NCBI GenBank assembly: GCA_905178155.1
Contig: CAJINV010000020.1
Span: 310,001-374,000 of the forward strand
DNA from: Amoebophrya sp. A120
Taxonomy: Eukaryota > Protista > Dinoflagellata
DNA: 64,000 bases
Direction of reading: 5' to 3'
A program made the position numbers and the translations under genes. Positions 1 to 12,121 of the stretch are shown piece after piece; position 1 is the stretch's first letter, and every line of letters starts with the position of its first letter. The notes under the pieces were generated by a model. It had not been told where the DNA came from. It did not search any database and was given only the letters and a program-made list of their open reading frames with translations.

Positions 1-29
1 AGAATTCAAAGCGTCCCTGTTTCGATGGG

Positions 30-123
30 CAGTCAAAGCTTCCCTGGTTCGACGCGCAGTCAAAGCTTCCCTGGTTCGACGCGCAGTCAAAGCTTCCCTG
101 GTTCATCGACGCGCAGTCAAAGC
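30..123. repeat. 27-bp tandem repeat, about 3.4 copies
   Basis: Unit CAGTCAAAGCTTCCCTGGTTCGACGCG repeated; the third copy has a 3-bp insertion. Confidence 0.9.
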
Positions 124-1001
124 CGGCAGGCAGGTGGCGAAGATGGGTCATTGACTGCAGCCGGTGGTGGCGGGTCGGAAGTTGTGGACCCGGACACGGA
201 GGTACGGAGTTCTTCATGCTCAATTTTACTAGCAGCCGAGCCATATATATTCCAATCTTCGCAGTTGATTCCGGCTACAGTCATGTACCTAAGCTTCTAT
301 TTTGATCGTACATTGCAACATATGTATTCCAAAAGGCATAACGAGCACCAGCAAGCAAAAGAGGCAGGGCGCGGAAGCGGGAGAAAAAAAAGCCCGCTGT
401 TCATCATCGCTGCCGAGCGGCCTTGCGCGAGCTCTCTGTTGCTGCGGATGCCCCGTCGCATGGATGCAAGCGAACCGGGTGGCCCGGATCCAGGGCCCCG
501 ACATTGTTCGCGTGGCTTGATGACCAGAGGGCGTCCAGGCGACTCGGGACACAGTTTGGGGCTACGCGCCTCGGCTTTCAGGAGTATGCGCCGTCCGCAC
601 CGGGTGGCCCGAATCGTGGTTCGCGGTGGCTGCCATCCGGCCTGAGCCCATTGCTTCTGCTTGCCCTCCGGCCTCCTCCGATTCAGTCCTGCAATCATTT
701 CCTGCGATCTCCCCCGCCGACCTCCTCCTCCGGATCTCCGACCTCCTCCTTTGGCCCTCGCCCCGAATTCGTCAGGTCGGGCACGGGGGGGGGGAATTAC
801 GGGCGCGAGGAGGAGGGGGAGGTCGGATGCGGGCCGGAGAAGGCCAGCAGCGGGATGGAGGAGGAGGTCGAGCTTGGGAAGGTGGAGGTCATGGGGGGCG
901 GCAAAGGTAGCGGCCTTCTGAGGCGCTCGCGCACCTATTTCCGCCGATCTTGGGCACCCAAAAAGGGGCGCCGGAAAATTGGTGGAGGGGAAGAAAGAGC
1001 G

Positions 1002-1634
1002 NNNNNNNNNNNNNNNNNNNNNNNNNNNNNNNNNNNNNNNNNNNNNNNNNNNNNNNNNNNNNNNNNNNNNNNNNNNNNNNNNNNNNNNNNNNNNNNNNNN
1101 NNNNNNNNNNNNNNNNNNNNNNNNNNNNNNNNNNNNNNNNNNNNNNNNNNNNNNNNNNNNNNNNNNNNNNNNNNNNNNNNNNNNNNNNNNNNNNNNNNNN
1201 NNNNNNNNNNNNNNNNNNNNNNNNNNNNNNNNNNNNNNNNNNNNNNNNNNNNNNNNNNNNNNNNNNNNNNNNNNNNNNNNNNNNNNNNNNNNNNNNNNNN
1301 NNNNNNNNNNNNNNNNNNNNNNNNNNNNNNNNNNNNNNNNNNNNNNNNNNNNNNNNNNNNNNNNNNNNNNNNNNNNNNNNNNNNNNNNNNNNNNNNNNNN
1401 NNNNNNNNNNNNNNNNNNNNNNNNNNNNNNNNNNNNNNNNNNNNNNNNNNNNNNNNNNNNNNNNNNNNNNNNNNNNNNNNNNNNNNNNNNNNNNNNNNNN
1501 NNNNNNNNNNNNNNNNNNNNNNNNNNNNNNNNNNNNNNNNNNNNNNNNNNNNNNNNNNNNNNNNNNNNNNNNNNNNNNNNNNNNNNNNNNNNNNNNNNNN
1601 NNNNNNNNNNNNNNNNNNNNNNNNNNNNNNNNNN
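1002..1634. other. Assembly gap (N run) flanked by an identical 212-bp sequence
   Basis: 790-1001 is repeated at 1635-1846, suggesting overlapping contig ends. Confidence 0.9.
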
Positions 1635-2409
1635 GGGGGAATTACGGGCGCGAGGAGGAGGGGGAGGTCGGATGCGGGCCGGAGAAGGCCAGCAGCGGGA
1701 TGGAGGAGGAGGTCGAGCTTGGGAAGGTGGAGGTCATGGGGGGCGGCAAAGGTAGCGGCCTTCTGAGGCGCTCGCGCACCTATTTCCGCCGATCTTGGGC
1801 ACCCAAAAAGGGGCGCCGGAAAATTGGTGGAGGGGAAGAAAGAGCGGGCCCGCATGGTATGGGCCTCATTTTGGCCTGTATTTGAAGGCCGCAAAGCCGG
1901 CCGAAAAAGTCGGCCATTTGTAATGCGGGGAGCAAGCCAAAAAGCGCGGCCCCTTAACAAAAAAGAACCAAAAAACGCAAAGTCCGCCAAAGGCAACAGG
2001 CTAATCCGCATGCTATGTGTCCGATTTCGGGTGCCCGATGGGCCGGCCCTGGTGGGGGCCGGCCCAGGCGGGGCCATAGCATGCGGGGGCGGCTTTCCTT
2101 CTCAAACCCAAAAGGCTGGCAGCTTTGGGCGGCGATTTCTATCGGTCGCGGAGCCGTAGTGTATAACATTATGCGCGGCGTTATCGCAGGCATGCAAAAA
2201 GCGGCTTCTAAAGACGAAAAAACGCCGTGACCTCACTGCCTTGCCTCGCTGAGGTCGCTGTTATTGGTATGGACTTCGCATGGAAGCGAAATAGGTTTAG
2301 CGGGCCATCGTATGGGAAAATCGCATCTATGGCATTCGCATGCCAAGAAATGGCTTGCAAGTGCGGGCATCATGGCGGCGTGAATACTATTTCATAACTC
2401 GCGTACCAG

Positions 2410-2775
2410 GTGGGAACTCCGGAAGCACGACCTCCACCTCTACCACCTCCAGTAGAAGAACCCGCAGCACCAGCACCGCCAGCACTTCGTTCAGGTTTTT
2501 GGGTTCAGTACACGAACGGCGTGTGCTTTGGTTTCGCAGGGAAACCGTCAGACCACTTTCGGAAGGGCATCCCTGATTTCTGGAAATTTGGGCTGGAGCT
2601 CTGGCGGTACCGGAAGCACGGCGGCGTTGTCGTTCCAGTGTACAGGTGGGGAGGCCATAACTACACGGGCACCGGGGAGAAGTGCTTGTTGAAAAAGCTC
2701 GGTACGCATTGCAAGCAAACCGTAGCGTTACAAAAGCCGCATCTTCTAGTGAATAGAAGATGGCGAGAAATATGA
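2410..2775 (+). CDS. Possible terminal exon of an unknown protein
   Basis: 121-codon ORF preceded by CAG with protein-like composition; no recognisable domain. Confidence 0.25.
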   Translation: MGTPEARPPPLPPPVEEPAAPAPPALRSGFWVQYTNGVCFGFAGKPSDHFRKGIPDFWKFGLELWRYRKHGGVVVPVYRWGGHNYTGTGEKCLLKKLGTHCKQTVALQKPHLLVNRRWREI

Positions 2776-4533
2776 AAAAGTGCATTGGCGTTATTTGCTA
2801 CTAGTTCGGCCATGTGAGGAAATTTGCGGAGTAAGTAGACACACTCCTGCAGGGAAGTTTTTATTTCAGGCACTCCTGTAGTTGTGTTTTGCTTTTGTAA
2901 GCTTACGGCACTCTTGCACTCGATAGTACACCATCGGGGAGTTGAAGTATATGTTCGAGACGGAGGCTAAGCAATACTGAGGATCACGGCGACGAACGTA
3001 TTCGGAGGGTGCGGTCTTGCTTAAGTGGAAGAGGTAAAGGAGCGGAGCGCAAATATTTTTAATAGTTCAAGGAGAAACAACTTTTTGCATTCTCGGGCCC
3101 AGCATCAGATCTCTGGTCAGATATTCGGCCTTGTTTTTTTTTGTCGAACAGCCACAATAAGCGTCAGTAGTGTATTTTTTTGAGGACGCACTGTATTTGT
3201 GATCGAGTGAGCTTTGATCCATCTTATGAAAGCGTCGACGGTTTGTGCTGAAGCGAAGTTATCTTTTATCGCGCGAAAAATAAAAGCTGCTTGACTGTGA
3301 TGACTTTGCAGGATTCATTTTTGGCATTGACGGGCCTACTCTGCATGAGAGGGACATATTAGATCTGCCATGATGTGGAGCGGGTGTTCACCTAGGGGTA
3401 GTGGCAGAGGCTAAACCTGCTCTGGCGGCCAGGTATTGGCAGTGCCTCTGCCAATATCTGTTCTAATGCCAGATTTGGCCTCTGAGGCTAAATCTGTTCT
3501 AATGCCGACCCGCCAGGAGTTAGATGGTGGCTACCACTACATCGGCGATGACGATGTCACGTGGCTCCGTCCTTAGAGAAAAACTGGCCCGGGACGAGCG
3601 GGGCACTTTACACGATACACCAAGCGCCGCCCGCGGGCTGCAGGCTGGCAGACGCAGAGGCAGGGCCTCCACCAATTCACGCCCGCACGCGGTAAAGCAA
3701 AGGAAGGGGGGCGGCCAAGGGCCTCACGCGCATGGCCGTTGGGCGCGCCGCATACCTTGAGTTGCAGGCGCGCGGAGGCAGCAGCAGTGCGGCCTGTTCC
3801 CGGGGGGTGCTGCGTTTTTCGGAGTAGCAAAAGTGACGCCTTCTATGATTCCGGATGAAAGGGTGACGTCGTTCTTCTCGTGAGGGACTTGCCGCCCCTC
3901 TCCGGGTCCGGAAAGGTCGAGGGCTGTTACGCGACGTCACCATGTTGGTAATTCTGCTATGGTGGTGTCGCGCGGCTCGTCCTTGGAGAAAACACAGGGC
4001 AAAGCCCATTGCTTGGTTGCATTTGTAGCAAGAAAAGCGCTTATTTCTGTTTTATTGCACCTTTCTGCTCCGCGGCCCAAGTTCACACATAGCAGCAGTT
4101 TTTTCGTGTGATATTCTTCCCCCCGTCTTCGATTGCTATCTTCGATGACCATGTCGATCCGGACGACCAAGCAATGAATTCCCGCGCTGCAGCTACGGTC
4201 TGTTTTGCTACAACATATCGGCAGGGGGGCGGTGCATTTCGGTGGCGCCATGAATTATTTTGACTCTAGTATTATCCAAACACAACGATCTTCAAAATAT
4301 AGTAGAAACTACTAACTACAGGAGCACACAGCGAGGCTTTTATGTTGTATTGGTGTGCTATATATTTATAAGTAAAATCGATCCCGTCCGGCCTTCGCAT
4401 CTTCAGATTGCAGGCTCTGAGTCGTTGGAGCGAGATAAAAAGCACCAGCTACGAAGAACTGCATCACATCCAATTTTGTCCACTGGTCCGGGTCAGGATT
4501 CCGAGTTGTTGTTCATATTCTGTGGCGCATGAA

Positions 4534-5145
4534 GCCGCCGCAGGCCTTCGCCACTTCGGCCCGAGCTACGCCGGGGGTGCGGGTATTAAAAAGGGCCGGC
4601 CCCCTTACGCGTGTAAACCTTGGGCCGTGACGCTCCGGCGGCGTGAAAATTTTTTTAAAAAAAAGCGCCGCCGACGTAGCCAGTAGGCGGGCAAGCGCCA
4701 GGGCAAGCGCTGGGGCCATGTAGCCGCCGCAGCCTTCAAACACCAAGGAAGCCAGACGGAATAAATCTTCTTCGTTGCTTCGGCCCGAGCTACGCCGGGG
4801 GCGCGGTCATTAAAAAGGGACGGCCCCCTCACGCGTGTAGCCCTTGGGCCGTGGCACTGATCTCGGCGACGCGAAAATCCAAAAAAAAAAAAGAAAGGCG
4901 CCGCCGGCTTAGCCAGTAGGCTGGCAAGCGGAAGCGCGCGCGCTGCGGGGAATGCCGCCGCCGTAGCCCGCAGACACCAAGGAAACCAGACGAAATTTAT
5001 CTTCTTCGCCACTTCGGCCCGAGCTACGCCGGGGGTGCGGATACTAAAACGAAAGCACCCGCCCCCGTATGCGTGTAACCCTTGGGCCGGGACACTCCGC
5101 CGGCGCCAAAATCTAAAAAAAAAAAGCGCCACCGCCGTAGTTGTA
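4534..5145. repeat. About 230-bp diverged tandem repeat, 3 copies
   Basis: Core CTTCGGCCCGAGCTACGCCGGGGG at about 4554, 4778 and 5012, each followed by CGTGTA..CCTTGGGCCG and an A-tract. Confidence 0.85.
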
Positions 5146-6715
5146 GGGGATACGTACCGCGCCGCCGCCGCCGCAGTACTATTTTTGAGGTAGTGCAGAC
5201 GCATCACAAACCGAGTAGCTCAGCATTCTGACTCCAGCATCCCAAACTTCTTCCAGATAGCATTTTTAGAAAATGGCTCTCATGGGGCTGCGCATGAGAA
5301 ACATTTTCCAATCTTGCAATCGCCCAAGTAGATACTAGGGGGAAAAGGGAAGGAGAAACTAGTAGTGTAAATTTGCCAGTAGATAAGGAACTCCACAACT
5401 ATGTACTAGTGCTCACATTTTTATTTTTTCGTGATAGATGCGAGCAACTGCAACAGCAACCAATACCAAAATCAATATCAAAGACAGGACCGAACAGAGG
5501 ACATGTTCGAACCAATATGCATGCAACAAGATGTCATCTCTTTCCTAGAGCTTTTGTCATCTGCCATACATTATATCACTCATGTGCACTTATTTCATTT
5601 ATGATCACGATGGATGCTAAGTAACAACTGCTGCTCAGACGAAAAACAAGAGCGGAGCCATTTCATGCGACGAAGTTAACTTTCAGTCTTGCTTGTCCAT
5701 AGTGGTGCTAGCAGCGTTTCGTGCACTGTTGTTCCACTATGGAGGCAGATCCGGTCGGTGGAGAATTTTTTCCGCAGCTATTTATTAGTAGAAGAAATGA
5801 AAGGTAAAAAAAAGAAAAAGAAACCACGCAACAATTTTGTCAGTTGATGCAGCGGCGCATTGCGGTGCATCGTTCGCATCCTATTCTTGTCCTAGCTTAA
5901 TGTGACTTCACGCATTACTTAACTAACATTATTCGTTTATTTTGAGTGGCCCAGTAGATCCGAGTGGGACTGCGATCATTTGGGACCTTTAAACAACCTC
6001 AACAAACAGGATAAGCGTCACGATTTATGTCTTGCAAGAGAGAAGCGTATACTTCGCAGGACTGTCATCCAGGAAAGAAGGCGCCGGTAGAGCTTACTTA
6101 CTCATTTGTTGCATCAACTTGGTTTCAGAAACACAACACATTTGCTCTGCATTTTGACGGAGAAAGCTTGCAATGCAGGAATCCAAGGGAAAACGCGACG
6201 GATGAACTGCCGCAGCCAGTACGCACAGTCTATCGCACTTGTATATCCGAGCCGCTGCGGCAGAAGAAGTTCATTCTTCACTGTGCAGACCAATTTTGTC
6301 AAATCCTGGGAAAAAAACGAAAAAAAAAGAGTACAGCGACTGCTTCAGCAAAACTTCCTGGAGTGGCTGGCGGAATGTGCGAGGCGCACAAAACGTCAAT
6401 TCCTGTTTGCTGGTTCCTGTTTGTTGGCACGCATCATTCACTGTATGGATGTATTCACGAAGAAATGACAGGACGAGGGACACCGAGTGTATTTGAGTGA
6501 TAAAAGCAAAAGAGCATTTATTGCTTCACAACTAACTGCATAAGCCTCTGGCTCTGAGGGCTGTGTTGCAAAACAAATTTTTCTGCGCGTTTGCTGCGCA
6601 TTCGTTTCTTCTACAAGTGCTTTCCTAGCAGCACGCCGAGCAAAGTATCGATTTCGCTTGCCCGCTAATTTCTGAGCTAGAGGTTGTAGCCTAGTCACTT
6701 TAAAGGTCGTCCAAA

Positions 6716-7308
6716 ATGTCATCTACCTCTTCGTCCACTCCGTCCAGCTCGAAACCCGGTAATAAAGCGGAGTCCACGTCCGCCGGCCTGGCTCGCATGC
6801 AGCAGCGGCAGATGCTTCGGCAAAGAAAGGCCGTTGGGCTGCCGCCGCTGGAAGCGCAGAACGTGCACAGTCGGGTGCAGCACCTGTTTAAGGAGAAGGA
6901 GCCACCGCAACTGTCGCTGGGGGAGCGCGGGTGTTATCCTCAGCGGGAAATAAGTCCACACTGACTTTATTTATTTCGGAGGCACGCAGTACAATTTCAA
7001 TGTGCATTCTCTCCGTGGTGTGTTCGCACATTAGCAGTGACAGCAGCACAATCAAGCCATCTGCTTGTCCCATTTTTTTACAGCACAACCATTGCCAAAA
7101 CACGACTGCAACTGCCTTTCATGGGGATGCGCATAACAAATTTTGCTGTAGACGCAAAGATGCATGACAGCCCTGGAGTCGTGGGGACGTTTTTCTTCAG
7201 GATAGGCGTCTGGGTATCATCATCCTTTTGGCGGTCGTGCCTATGGTGTGGACGCCACCCTTTATGGTCGACCTCGCCCGCATGCTCGACCAAGCGGTGG
7301 CGAGATAG
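6716..7308 (+). CDS. Small single-pass membrane protein, 2 exons (intron 6931-7205)
   Basis: MSSTSSS...LSLGERG joined across a GT-AG intron gives RLGIIILLAVVPMVWTPPFMVDLARMLDQAVAR*, which has a hydrophobic helix. Confidence 0.65.
6935..7204. mobile_element. Introner (TIR element) forming a GT-AG intron
   Basis: TATCCT...AGGATA imperfect TIR; flanking 5-mers GGTGT/GGCGT; internal GCATGACA motif. Confidence 0.7.
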
Positions 7309-7755
7309 TCGTGTATCTAGAACGGGCGTGCGCTCCACGGCTCGGCGTCGCGATGAATCCAAATGTGTAGATTTTGCAATTGCGTCAGGTCGTGGCTTCA
7401 ACATGATAAGCCACAAAAAACAATGAATAAAATGAAAGCGGCAGAGAACAAAAAGTTGAACAACTATCTACGGAAGAGACTGCGCGTCATGATCATCTCA
7501 GCGCAGATTCAGTGCGGAAGAAGCACAACCACTCGGGGTGTCTGTTCCACCTCGCTACAGCAATTTAGTACGCATCTGCTGCGCCCGCATGAATCAATGC
7601 TTTGAAATGACGCTTATCTCCTGCACTGCTTGGTGAGAAGAGCGACATCAATCTGTCTCTTCTTCCCCCGTAACAATGAAGCGACTACTTTCTCTACCCG
7701 GTATCCATTTCTTTCCCTTTGTCCACACCGTTGTTTCTCGCATAAGAATATTACC

Positions 7756-10611
7756 ATGGCACCATCATCATCATCATTCCCATGTTGTCGACTGTCCGTG
7801 GGTGTACTAGTACATCTCTTGGTTGCATCAACAAACTTGCTTGCTGCAAATGCTCTGGACACGGTCGAAGATTCGAGCTGGACCCTATCGCACGCCGCTT
7901 ACTCCACCCCGTGGGAACTAGGTGCCCGAAGTCGTCGCGGCCTCGCAGCTTTTGAGAAGTTAGTTTTATTGCGGCCCAGCATTGATGCAGTGGACTCTCC
8001 TGCCGGAACAGCTCCAGCAACCACAGAGGATGCAACCGATAAGAACAGCGCAGAAGCCTCCGCAGCTGGCACCACGCGCAGAGAGACCAGCACCTCCGAT
8101 AAAAATTTGCAGCACAACCAGAGGCCGGAGGGGGCCGGCATCTGCCCCCGCGGGGACGCGCTGCATCCGTTTTTCCTTGCGTCGAAGGACTACTACAGGA
8201 ACGCGACACTGACCACCGTGTCCGGCAAGACAGTCGATACCGCCGCGGAAATCTACCCTTTTTTTGCCTTGGTACTGGGTCTAGAGGACGTTGTAAATGT
8301 CCGGAAATGTGGGGTGAAAGCCGCGTCCTTCCTCGCTTTGGTGGCCCGGTCGCTGAAACAATTTGGCGGTTTCGACGCCGCGGAAGGAGTGTTGCGCGTG
8401 GCCGAGAGGATTGCGAAGGCAGCCTACGGGAAAAACGGCGCGTTCCATTTCTCCTATGACTGGCTTGCGATGCACGTCGGCACGGCTTCTAATCCTGTCG
8501 GTGGTGAGAGTGATGGAGTTCCACTTGAGACGAGCAACGGTGAAAGTAGTAGTCTTTCAACACCGGATCTCAACACACAACCACGACCGAATGAATCATT
8601 GCCTCCACGGAAACTGCAAATCGAGTCCGAGCTGGTGCACTTGCTCGGACTTGGGCTGGAGGTGTCTGCCGCGGGAACGGAGTACTACGACCCCCCGAAG
8701 CCGCCGGATGGAAGCCTGTACAACTGTTACTACGAACGGGCGGAGACTTTCCGTTACGGGCAAGTGCCCAGGTTCAAAGCGATTTCGTTGTACGGCGACA
8801 GTGGTGGGCCACCACTTCCTCCAAGTGGTAGCGAAGAAAAAACGCCACGAATTGGTGAAGCGCACGAGGCAGTAGGGAGCGGGGATAGTAGTACAACTGC
8901 AGCAAACGACCCCGACCAGCAAGCATTCTCTGACCAGGCCGTGCTCATCTCCGCGCTCGGCAAGATGGATCCCGCCTTTGCGGACGCGCGGCTGCGTCTC
9001 GTACTGGAACAGTCGACGGTCGGAAATAATCTTCGAAAAGCGTTCATTAGGTTCGGAAATGATCTTCTTCTGGACAGCACGGTTTCGAACGCCGATGTCG
9101 ACGACGAGCGGGGCAGAACTCCTGGCTGTCTATTCTCGCCTGCGAAGTTCGAGAAGTCGCAGCACCGCTGGGGGCGTGCAACCGCGGAGTTGCTGCATCT
9201 AGTGGAGAATACTAACGCTTTCAACGCGGGCGCGCTGCAGGGGCAGGAAGTGGAACCGGGAACAAATAACAAAAACCGGGCGATTCCATCCCTCCGCTCC
9301 ACGTGGCAGCGCGTCGAGGCTGTCCTCGGATTTGTCCACGACCTGCGACTTCGGGACAATGAGTCCCACGACTTTGAGGACTTTGCGCTTCGCGGCTGGG
9401 GGGCGGTTTGGTTCTCCGTGCTGGAGAAGCTGCAGAAAGATTTTCAGGAGTATCAAGGTCTACAACTTCGTAGCCCCGACGAGGGGGAACAACAATTGCA
9501 GTCGGGGAAGAGAAAAGTTGAGTCCTGCGGTGTGCAACTAGAGCGGCTTCTTTTCGATGATGCTAGTAGAACAGGAAGCGAGGAAAGAATTCGCACGAAC
9601 GACGACCCTCCAGAACAACTGTTCGACCAAGAAATGTACAGCTCGTGGCCCGCGACCGGGCGACACCCGGTAGACGCTCTGTACCGGGCCGTGGCGTACT
9701 GCGCACAGGAAGGGAACGACTGCCTCGTCCCGCTGGAGGTGTCGGCCACGGTGCTCGCGGGCGGACTGGGCGGATTCTGTCCGGAAGGCTGGACCGCGGC
9801 GTTCCTGAGCTTCGTGGAGCACGTGGTAACCGTGGTGCAGGAAGCGGAGGTCCGGAATTTATACCTCGACGTGCTGGAACTGCTGTCAAGAAACAATGAT
9901 GTAGGTGCGAAAAATAATAATAATCTTCATTATGATGTCAATCTTTTACCCCTCCTCCAAAAACTCGGACAAGCTTTGGCGGGGAGGGAGACCACCTCTA
10001 AGCCTGAGGATCATGCAGTTGACCTCTACAAATTGCTCCGCGACGGGCTGGAAGAGGTGTCGCGGCAGCTTCAGGTAGTAGCGGAATTCCACCACGAATC
10101 GAAGATGTCGGTTCCCTTTGATGCCAAAGAAGGCCCCGACTTTACGCGCGGCCCCAGAACAAGTGCAGAAGCGGCGGCAAGTAGAAACAACCTCCGCGGC
10201 CACAGCTTCCCAATTTCCCGAAATCTCACCGCGGACTGGCGGCAGGACGCGTTGCGACTGCGCGTGAACAAATTGCAGAAACGGTCGAGGAATGCGATGT
10301 TTTCTGATGCCGGCGACCATGTAGACAGCAACGGGGAGGTTGACAAGAACGAGAGCAATACACGAGACGGCCTTGATCAGCATCTACTTCTGCCTGTCCC
10401 CGCATTGGAAAAGCGACTCTCACGACTGCGGCCGAAAACGACTTCCCCCGTGTACCGAACCTGGGCGCGGTTCGACTTGCCGCGGTTGCTGCAAATTTTG
10501 CTGGAGCAATTTTCCGCGTTTTCCGCCCGGCAACTGTTCGCGTCCCCGTGGCCCATCCTGACCTACGCGGGCAGGCTGTTCCGCCTGTTGGCGGAGACGG
10601 TGCCGACGTAA
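7756..10611 (+). CDS. Large hypothetical protein with a putative signal peptide
   Basis: About 951-aa uninterrupted ORF from ATG 7756; hydrophobic N-terminus LSVGVLVHLLVASTNLLAANA. Confidence 0.8.
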   Translation: MAPSSSSFPCCRLSVGVLVHLLVASTNLLAANALDTVEDSSWTLSHAAYSTPWELGARSRRGLAAFEKLVLLRPSIDAVDSPAGTAPATTEDATDKNSAEASAAGTTRRETSTSDKNLQHNQRPEGAGICPRGDALHPFFLASKDYYRNATLTTVSGKTVDTAAEIYPFFALVLGLEDVVNVRKCGVKAASFLALVARSLKQFGGFDAAEGVLRVAERIAKAAYGKNGAFHFSYDWLAMHVGTASNPVGGESDGVPLETSNGESSSLSTPDLNTQPRPNESLPPRKLQIESELVHLLGLGLEVSAAGTEYYDPPKPPDGSLYNCYYERAETFRYGQVPRFKAISLYGDSGGPPLPPSGSEEKTPRIGEAHEAVGSGDSSTTAANDPDQQAFSDQAVLISALGKMDPAFADARLRLVLEQSTVGNNLRKAFIRFGNDLLLDSTVSNADVDDERGRTPGCLFSPAKFEKSQHRWGRATAELLHLVENTNAFNAGALQGQEVEPGTNNKNRAIPSLRSTWQRVEAVLGFVHDLRLRDNESHDFEDFALRGWGAVWFSVLEKLQKDFQEYQGLQLRSPDEGEQQLQSGKRKVESCGVQLERLLFDDASRTGSEERIRTNDDPPEQLFDQEMYSSWPATGRHPVDALYRAVAYCAQEGNDCLVPLEVSATVLAGGLGGFCPEGWTAAFLSFVEHVVTVVQEAEVRNLYLDVLELLSRNNDVGAKNNNNLHYDVNLLPLLQKLGQALAGRETTSKPEDHAVDLYKLLRDGLEEVSRQLQVVAEFHHESKMSVPFDAKEGPDFTRGPRTSAEAAASRNNLRGHSFPISRNLTADWRQDALRLRVNKLQKRSRNAMFSDAGDHVDSNGEVDKNESNTRDGLDQHLLLPVPALEKRLSRLRPKTTSPVYRTWARFDLPRLLQILLEQFSAFSARQLFASPWPILTYAGRLFRLLAETVPT

Positions 10612-11258
10612 TAGGTGAATGTCCAGGTAATTGTCTGCCGACGAGGTCGACAGAGACGGTGGGCACGTTGCGTCTTTGCCATGCTTCTAGAGGAAGATAA
10701 TTCTTGTCTTCGCCGTGACGACGAGATAGGAACACGACGAGCTCCTGTGTCGCGCGAGAAAACTGATTCCACTGCGTTGAAATTTGGGGCCCACTCTACT
10801 ACTGTAGCGATAGTGAGTGGAAAAAACACGATCTTCAACATAGTACGTGAGGACTGTGGTGCTGTGACAGTTGGTACCATAGATGAATTTGTAATCCTCA
10901 ACTACTCATCGATAAAAGTAGCAGCGCATCAACGGCAAGCAATTCCGGGTATTGTACTCAATTACGTCCAAATTCATTTTACACCTAGAGGAGCAGTCTA
11001 CATATCAACGACGTCGATGGTAAGAGGATTCTTTACAGTTTTGGTTTTATCGATTTATGCTGGCCGAGTAGGTGTTTCTCCTGAGAGCGGTGCCTCCCTG
11101 CTCGTTTCCTCCGGGTGGTCTGCGACATCATGTTCCACTTGATAGCAATATGTATAGCTAAAAACAGGTGTGAAGGATCCTCCTCCTCCTTTATCGATTT
11201 AAATTCAACGTGATAATATCTTCTTCACATTGCTGCTGGACAGCACGCTAAAAAAACC

Positions 11259-12003
11259 ATGGGAAAACAAGCGAGCGCCGCGCCGGGCAAAGCTGCAATG
11301 AAAAAAAGCGCAGCAAAGCCGGTAGGGAAGGAGCGATTGAAAAGCAAAAAATCCTCGTCGTCCTCGAGCTCCGCACCAGCTCCGACGAAAACTGGTACAA
11401 ATGCCAGTAAAAACGCAGCTCGTACTACGTCTTCCGCGTCTAGTGCAAAAAAAGATCCAGCACAGAAAAATACTACTATCCCCGGCGCCGTGGGCAATCT
11501 GATCGAGGCAAAAATGCGGGAAATGGTCACCAAGCGCGGCGCCGAAAAAACGTGCTGACCCTCGGAGATTCCGCGAGCGCTGTTTGCAAGTTCGGACTGG
11601 CGCGGCCTGATGGCGCAGACCCGCGACATCGCGGTCCGGCTGGCGAAGCAGGGCGTGCTTATGGATTGCAAATATGTCTGGGTCTGGAAACTTGTGATGC
11701 AAGTCCGTGAACAATAAAGTGCTCTGTAATGCGCCGCCAAGCATGACAAGTTTTTTCGTAATTCTGTGCTGCGTATTTCGCACGAAAAACTGCGCTTTTG
11801 CATGACAGGCAAGAGGACCTCTTGGTGGCGACGCAATACAGAGTGCAGAGTCATGCTAGACTAGCATGACAACTCTCGCAATCTTCCAGACCCAGACATT
11901 TTTGCACTTGATAGTGCTGACGATTGAACAAAAGGGAAAGCAGATCACGGTGGGAAACGCGGAGGAGATCAAGGGACCGGTGCGATTGCGGTCGAAGGTG
12001 TAA
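11259..12003 (+). CDS. DUF3253-family protein with an in-frame UGA (putative selenocysteine), 2 exons
   Basis: Reading through TGA 11556-11558 and removing the introner gives KRGAEKTC-U-PSEIPRAL..DWRGLMAQTRDIAVRLAKQGVLTIEQKGKQ...IKGPVRLRSKV*, matching DUF3253 motifs TxCPSE, WRxLM, QKG and GPIRL. Confidence 0.85.
11660..11913. mobile_element. Introner family A (254 bp)
   Basis: About 30-bp TIR (TGCAAATATGTCTGGGTCTGGAA / TTCCAGACCCAGACATTTTTGCA); perfect 5-bp TSD GTGCT. Confidence 0.95.
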
Positions 12004-12121
12004 AACTTTCTTTCATTAAAGTACTTGCGCAAGACAAGTTTAGAATTCGAAATCCAACTCATCTCGCAGCCGATCGGTTGTTCATACGGAGGTCTAGTCA
12101 GAGTCAGCTTTTAGTGTGATG

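Noticed and set aside
790-1846. 212-bp perfect direct repeat flanking the N run, and ORFs spanning it
   Set aside because: Most likely unmerged overlapping contig ends; the ORFs crossing Ns are artefacts
1-6500. Possible autonomous transposase or retroelement in the gene-poor left end
   Set aside because: No long ORF or DDE/RT motif is recognisable
11556-11558. Genome-wide stop-codon reassignment as the explanation for the UGA
   Set aside because: Long ORFs here have no other in-frame stops, TGA ends several genes (15216, 40201, 51220), and the site aligns with Cys rather than Trp
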